DNA of 64,000 bases from Antedon mediterranea. Taxonomy: Eukaryota > Animalia > Echinodermata. The stretch spans positions 26,232,437 through 26,296,436 of the forward strand of contig NC_092672.1 in NCBI RefSeq assembly GCF_964355755.1, written 5' to 3'. Positions within the stretch are counted from its first letter, which is position 1. Every line of letters begins with the position of its first letter. Below the pieces are notes generated by a model. That model was given only the letters and a program-made list of their open reading frames with translations, was not told the origin of the DNA and made no database searches. Positions 61,411-64,000 of this stretch are shown in pieces. A program made the translations under genes and the position numbers.

Positions 61411-63980
61411 ATTAACTTTACCCATCTGATAAAGGAACCAACTCGAATTACTAAGTATACATCAACAGTTTTAGATATTATCATATGTAACCATTCGCAA
61501 AAAATGTTGCAATCGGGTGTCATCCATGTAGGCATTAGTGACCACAGCCTAACGTTTTGTACTCGTAAATCTTTAAAATATAAATTTAACCAACATAAAA
61601 CTATCAAAATTCTTTCACTTAAGAACTACGATGTTAATATTTTTAATGAGCAATTAACACAATCTGATTGGTCGCCTGTTCTCGATTCATCAGATGTGGA
61701 CTTTGCCTGGTGCCCTTTTAAAAAAATATTTGTGTCTCTTATAAACAGAATGGCTCCTCTCAAACAGGTGCGCCTAAAACAAAAATCTGAAGAGTGGATG
61801 ACACCGGAAATATTAAGTGCCATAAAAGAAAGAGACTCACTATTAAATAAGTTCAAGAATAACCCAAATAGGCCAGACCTTTATGATGCATTTCGTAAGT
61901 TACGTAATCGCATACAAAAGGACATAAAGAAAGCAAAATCTGAATGTTTTTTAAATAAGGTAGAAGTTAACAAAAATAATCCCAATAAACTCTGGAAATG
62001 CCTTAAAGATTTGGGATATAAAAATAAGCCACAAAAGGGTAGCACTGTTTCGTTAGATGTTAATGGGAATCTTTGCCATAATGAAAGCGAAGTTTCAAAT
62101 TATTTCAATAAATACTTCGCAAATATTGCTTCCGATTTAATGAAGAAATTGCCTTCTCCCAGTAACCTTTTTTGTGTGGGTTCGAATGCCTTTAAAAATT
62201 ACTATAATAGCAAAATCAAACATGTTTCTGGTTTTTCTCTCGAAGAAATTGACGAGAGCCTTATCGAAGAGGAATTGAGAAATCTCAACCCATCTAAAAG
62301 TGTAGGCCTTGATCAGATTCCTGCAAAATTTCTTAGAGACGGAGCTCCTAATATTAAAATACCAATAACACATATAATTAACCTCTCCATTAAATACGAA
62401 CGTATTCCCTCGGATTTTAAACTCGCAAAAGTCACGCCCCTTCATAAAAAGAATTCCAGAACTGAGGCTAACAATTACAGACCTATAAGCATTCTCTCCT
62501 CAGTTTCGAAAATTCTGGAGAAGGTGGTATATATACAAGTTTCCGATTACCTTGAAAGGAATCAACTTATCTACGATCATCAATCCGGTTTTCGTAGATC
62601 ATTTTCTACCGACACATGTCTTATCCATCTTAGAGATCACCTTAGAGTTCAAATGTCAAATGGTTTATTTACGGGTATGGTTTTACTCGATGTCCAAAAG
62701 GCCTTTGACTCGGTCAATCATGATATTTTGTGTAAAAAACTTAAGTATCTAGGATGCCGGTCTATCGGTTGGTTTCAAGCGTACCTGTCTGGGCGAAATC
62801 AGATTGTCGATATTAAAGGTACCAAATCGAACTCTATTGAGATTGGATGTGGAGTCCCCCAGGGTAGCCTTTTGGGTCCTCTCTTGTTTCTTATTTACGT
62901 GAATGACCTACCATCTAGTATCGAAAGTGATTGTAAAGTTGTTTTGTACGCTGACGATTGTGCAATTTTTTACTCCCATAAAGATCCAATCGCAATCCAA
63001 TCTAAACTCCAAAACAATCTCGTATCATGCAATAATTGGCTGATCGACAATCAACTTTCGCTTCATATGGGTAAGACCGAATGCATCCTGTTTGGTTCTA
63101 AACGTAGATTAAGCAAAGTAAACGAATTCTATATTGATTGCTTTGGAACGACTATAAATGGATCAAAATCTATCAAATATCTAGGTATTGAGATTGACCA
63201 AAATGTATCAGGTGACGTCATTGCCCGCTCTGTTATAAACAAAGCAAACGGCAGACTGAAATTTCTGTACCGACAATCATCATTTCTTAATTCACATTGT
63301 CGCAAAATTCTTAGTTTTGCTTTAATCCAACCGATGTTCGATTATTCGGTTTGCTCATGGTCTTCTACGGTAAATAAAAATTTAAAATCAAAATTACAAA
63401 CGACTCAAAACAAAATGGTTCGTTTTATAAAAAAGTTAGGTCCCCGATCTCATGTTGGTCAATATCAGCTAAACGACGTTGGTATGTTAAAAGTCCAAGA
63501 CCGTGTCGAATTTCTTAGAGTCTGTCATGTTTTTAAAATATATAATCATTGTTGTCCACCTTATTTATGCAATCGTTTTATTAGAATTTCAGACAGTCAT
63601 AATTACAATACTAGGGGATGAAATTTTAATTTTAGAATCCCAACTATCAAGCCAATGGCACATGTGACCTTTTTTTACAATGCTATTAAAGAATGGAATA
63701 ATTTACCAATTAACATTAAGGAATCACAAACTGTCTGTTGTTTTAAAAGTAAAGTTAAAAAGTATCTACAGGAACGTTCACTAGCTCTAGAAACTATTTA
63801 ATTAGCGCTTCTTCTTTTTTCGATTGTCCTTTTTGCTGTTTTTTGTATTTTTTTTTATGTTGCTTTGTTTGTCTTTTTTGCTGTTCTTTCAAAGGACCTC
63901 ATTGGAAACAAGTCCGTAGAGGACTTTTATGAGTTATCCTTGGCATCCTTGTTTTATATTGGTATTTTTATATTTGCCAA
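61411..63980 (+). mobile_element. 5'-truncated non-LTR retrotransposon (LINE, CR1/L2 group)
   Basis: Begins in the C-terminal part of the AP endonuclease (EPTRIT...LDII...SDH), followed by RT motifs and an AT-rich 3'UTR with a stem-loop at ~63895-63940. Confidence 0.9.
61504..63621 (+). CDS. LINE ORF2 remnant (end of endonuclease and reverse transcriptase)
   Basis: NYRPISILS, QSGFR, LDVQKAFDSV, GVPQGSLLGPLLF, YADD and KYLG motifs. The TGA at 63619 appears premature, because the typical WNNLP...FK C-terminus continues in frame. Confidence 0.9.
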   Translation: MLQSGVIHVGISDHSLTFCTRKSLKYKFNQHKTIKILSLKNYDVNIFNEQLTQSDWSPVLDSSDVDFAWCPFKKIFVSLINRMAPLKQVRLKQKSEEWMTPEILSAIKERDSLLNKFKNNPNRPDLYDAFRKLRNRIQKDIKKAKSECFLNKVEVNKNNPNKLWKCLKDLGYKNKPQKGSTVSLDVNGNLCHNESEVSNYFNKYFANIASDLMKKLPSPSNLFCVGSNAFKNYYNSKIKHVSGFSLEEIDESLIEEELRNLNPSKSVGLDQIPAKFLRDGAPNIKIPITHIINLSIKYERIPSDFKLAKVTPLHKKNSRTEANNYRPISILSSVSKILEKVVYIQVSDYLERNQLIYDHQSGFRRSFSTDTCLIHLRDHLRVQMSNGLFTGMVLLDVQKAFDSVNHDILCKKLKYLGCRSIGWFQAYLSGRNQIVDIKGTKSNSIEIGCGVPQGSLLGPLLFLIYVNDLPSSIESDCKVVLYADDCAIFYSHKDPIAIQSKLQNNLVSCNNWLIDNQLSLHMGKTECILFGSKRRLSKVNEFYIDCFGTTINGSKSIKYLGIEIDQNVSGDVIARSVINKANGRLKFLYRQSSFLNSHCRKILSFALIQPMFDYSVCSWSSTVNKNLKSKLQTTQNKMVRFIKKLGPRSHVGQYQLNDVGMLKVQDRVEFLRVCHVFKIYNHCCPPYLCNRFIRISDSHNYNTRG

Positions 63981-64000
63981 TTTTAATTGTATGTCTGTGA

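Overview
AT-rich, intron-rich animal genomic DNA. It is probably a marine deuterostome invertebrate such as an echinoderm, inferred from gene content and repeats; nothing prokaryotic, no CRISPR and no rRNA/tRNA was found. In order, the window holds: (1) the last coding exon of a guanylyl cyclase (+, 145-381); (2) a complete 17-exon minus-strand gene (29200 to 1994, about 856 aa) for a secreted astacin metalloprotease with the architecture signal peptide-propeptide-astacin-EGF-CUB-C-type lectin-TSP1-F-type lectin-C-type lectin; (3) about 12 kb of intergenic DNA rich in DINE-1/HINE-like elements, with a minisatellite; (4) the first 12 coding exons of beta-mannosidase (MANBA, +, 41856-49734); (5) a tandem antisense cluster of RING-less B-box/coiled-coil/filamin/NHL genes (two intact, two pseudogenes), apparently nested in a long MANBA intron; and (6) a 5'-truncated CR1/L2-group LINE. 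The most striking unexplained signal is about 30 copies of the palindrome TAGGCCTA. Paralog comparison shows that at least two are 6-bp insertions at TA sites, so they are probably excision footprints of an unidentified DNA transposon. All gene models were assembled by eye from splice signals and phase continuity.
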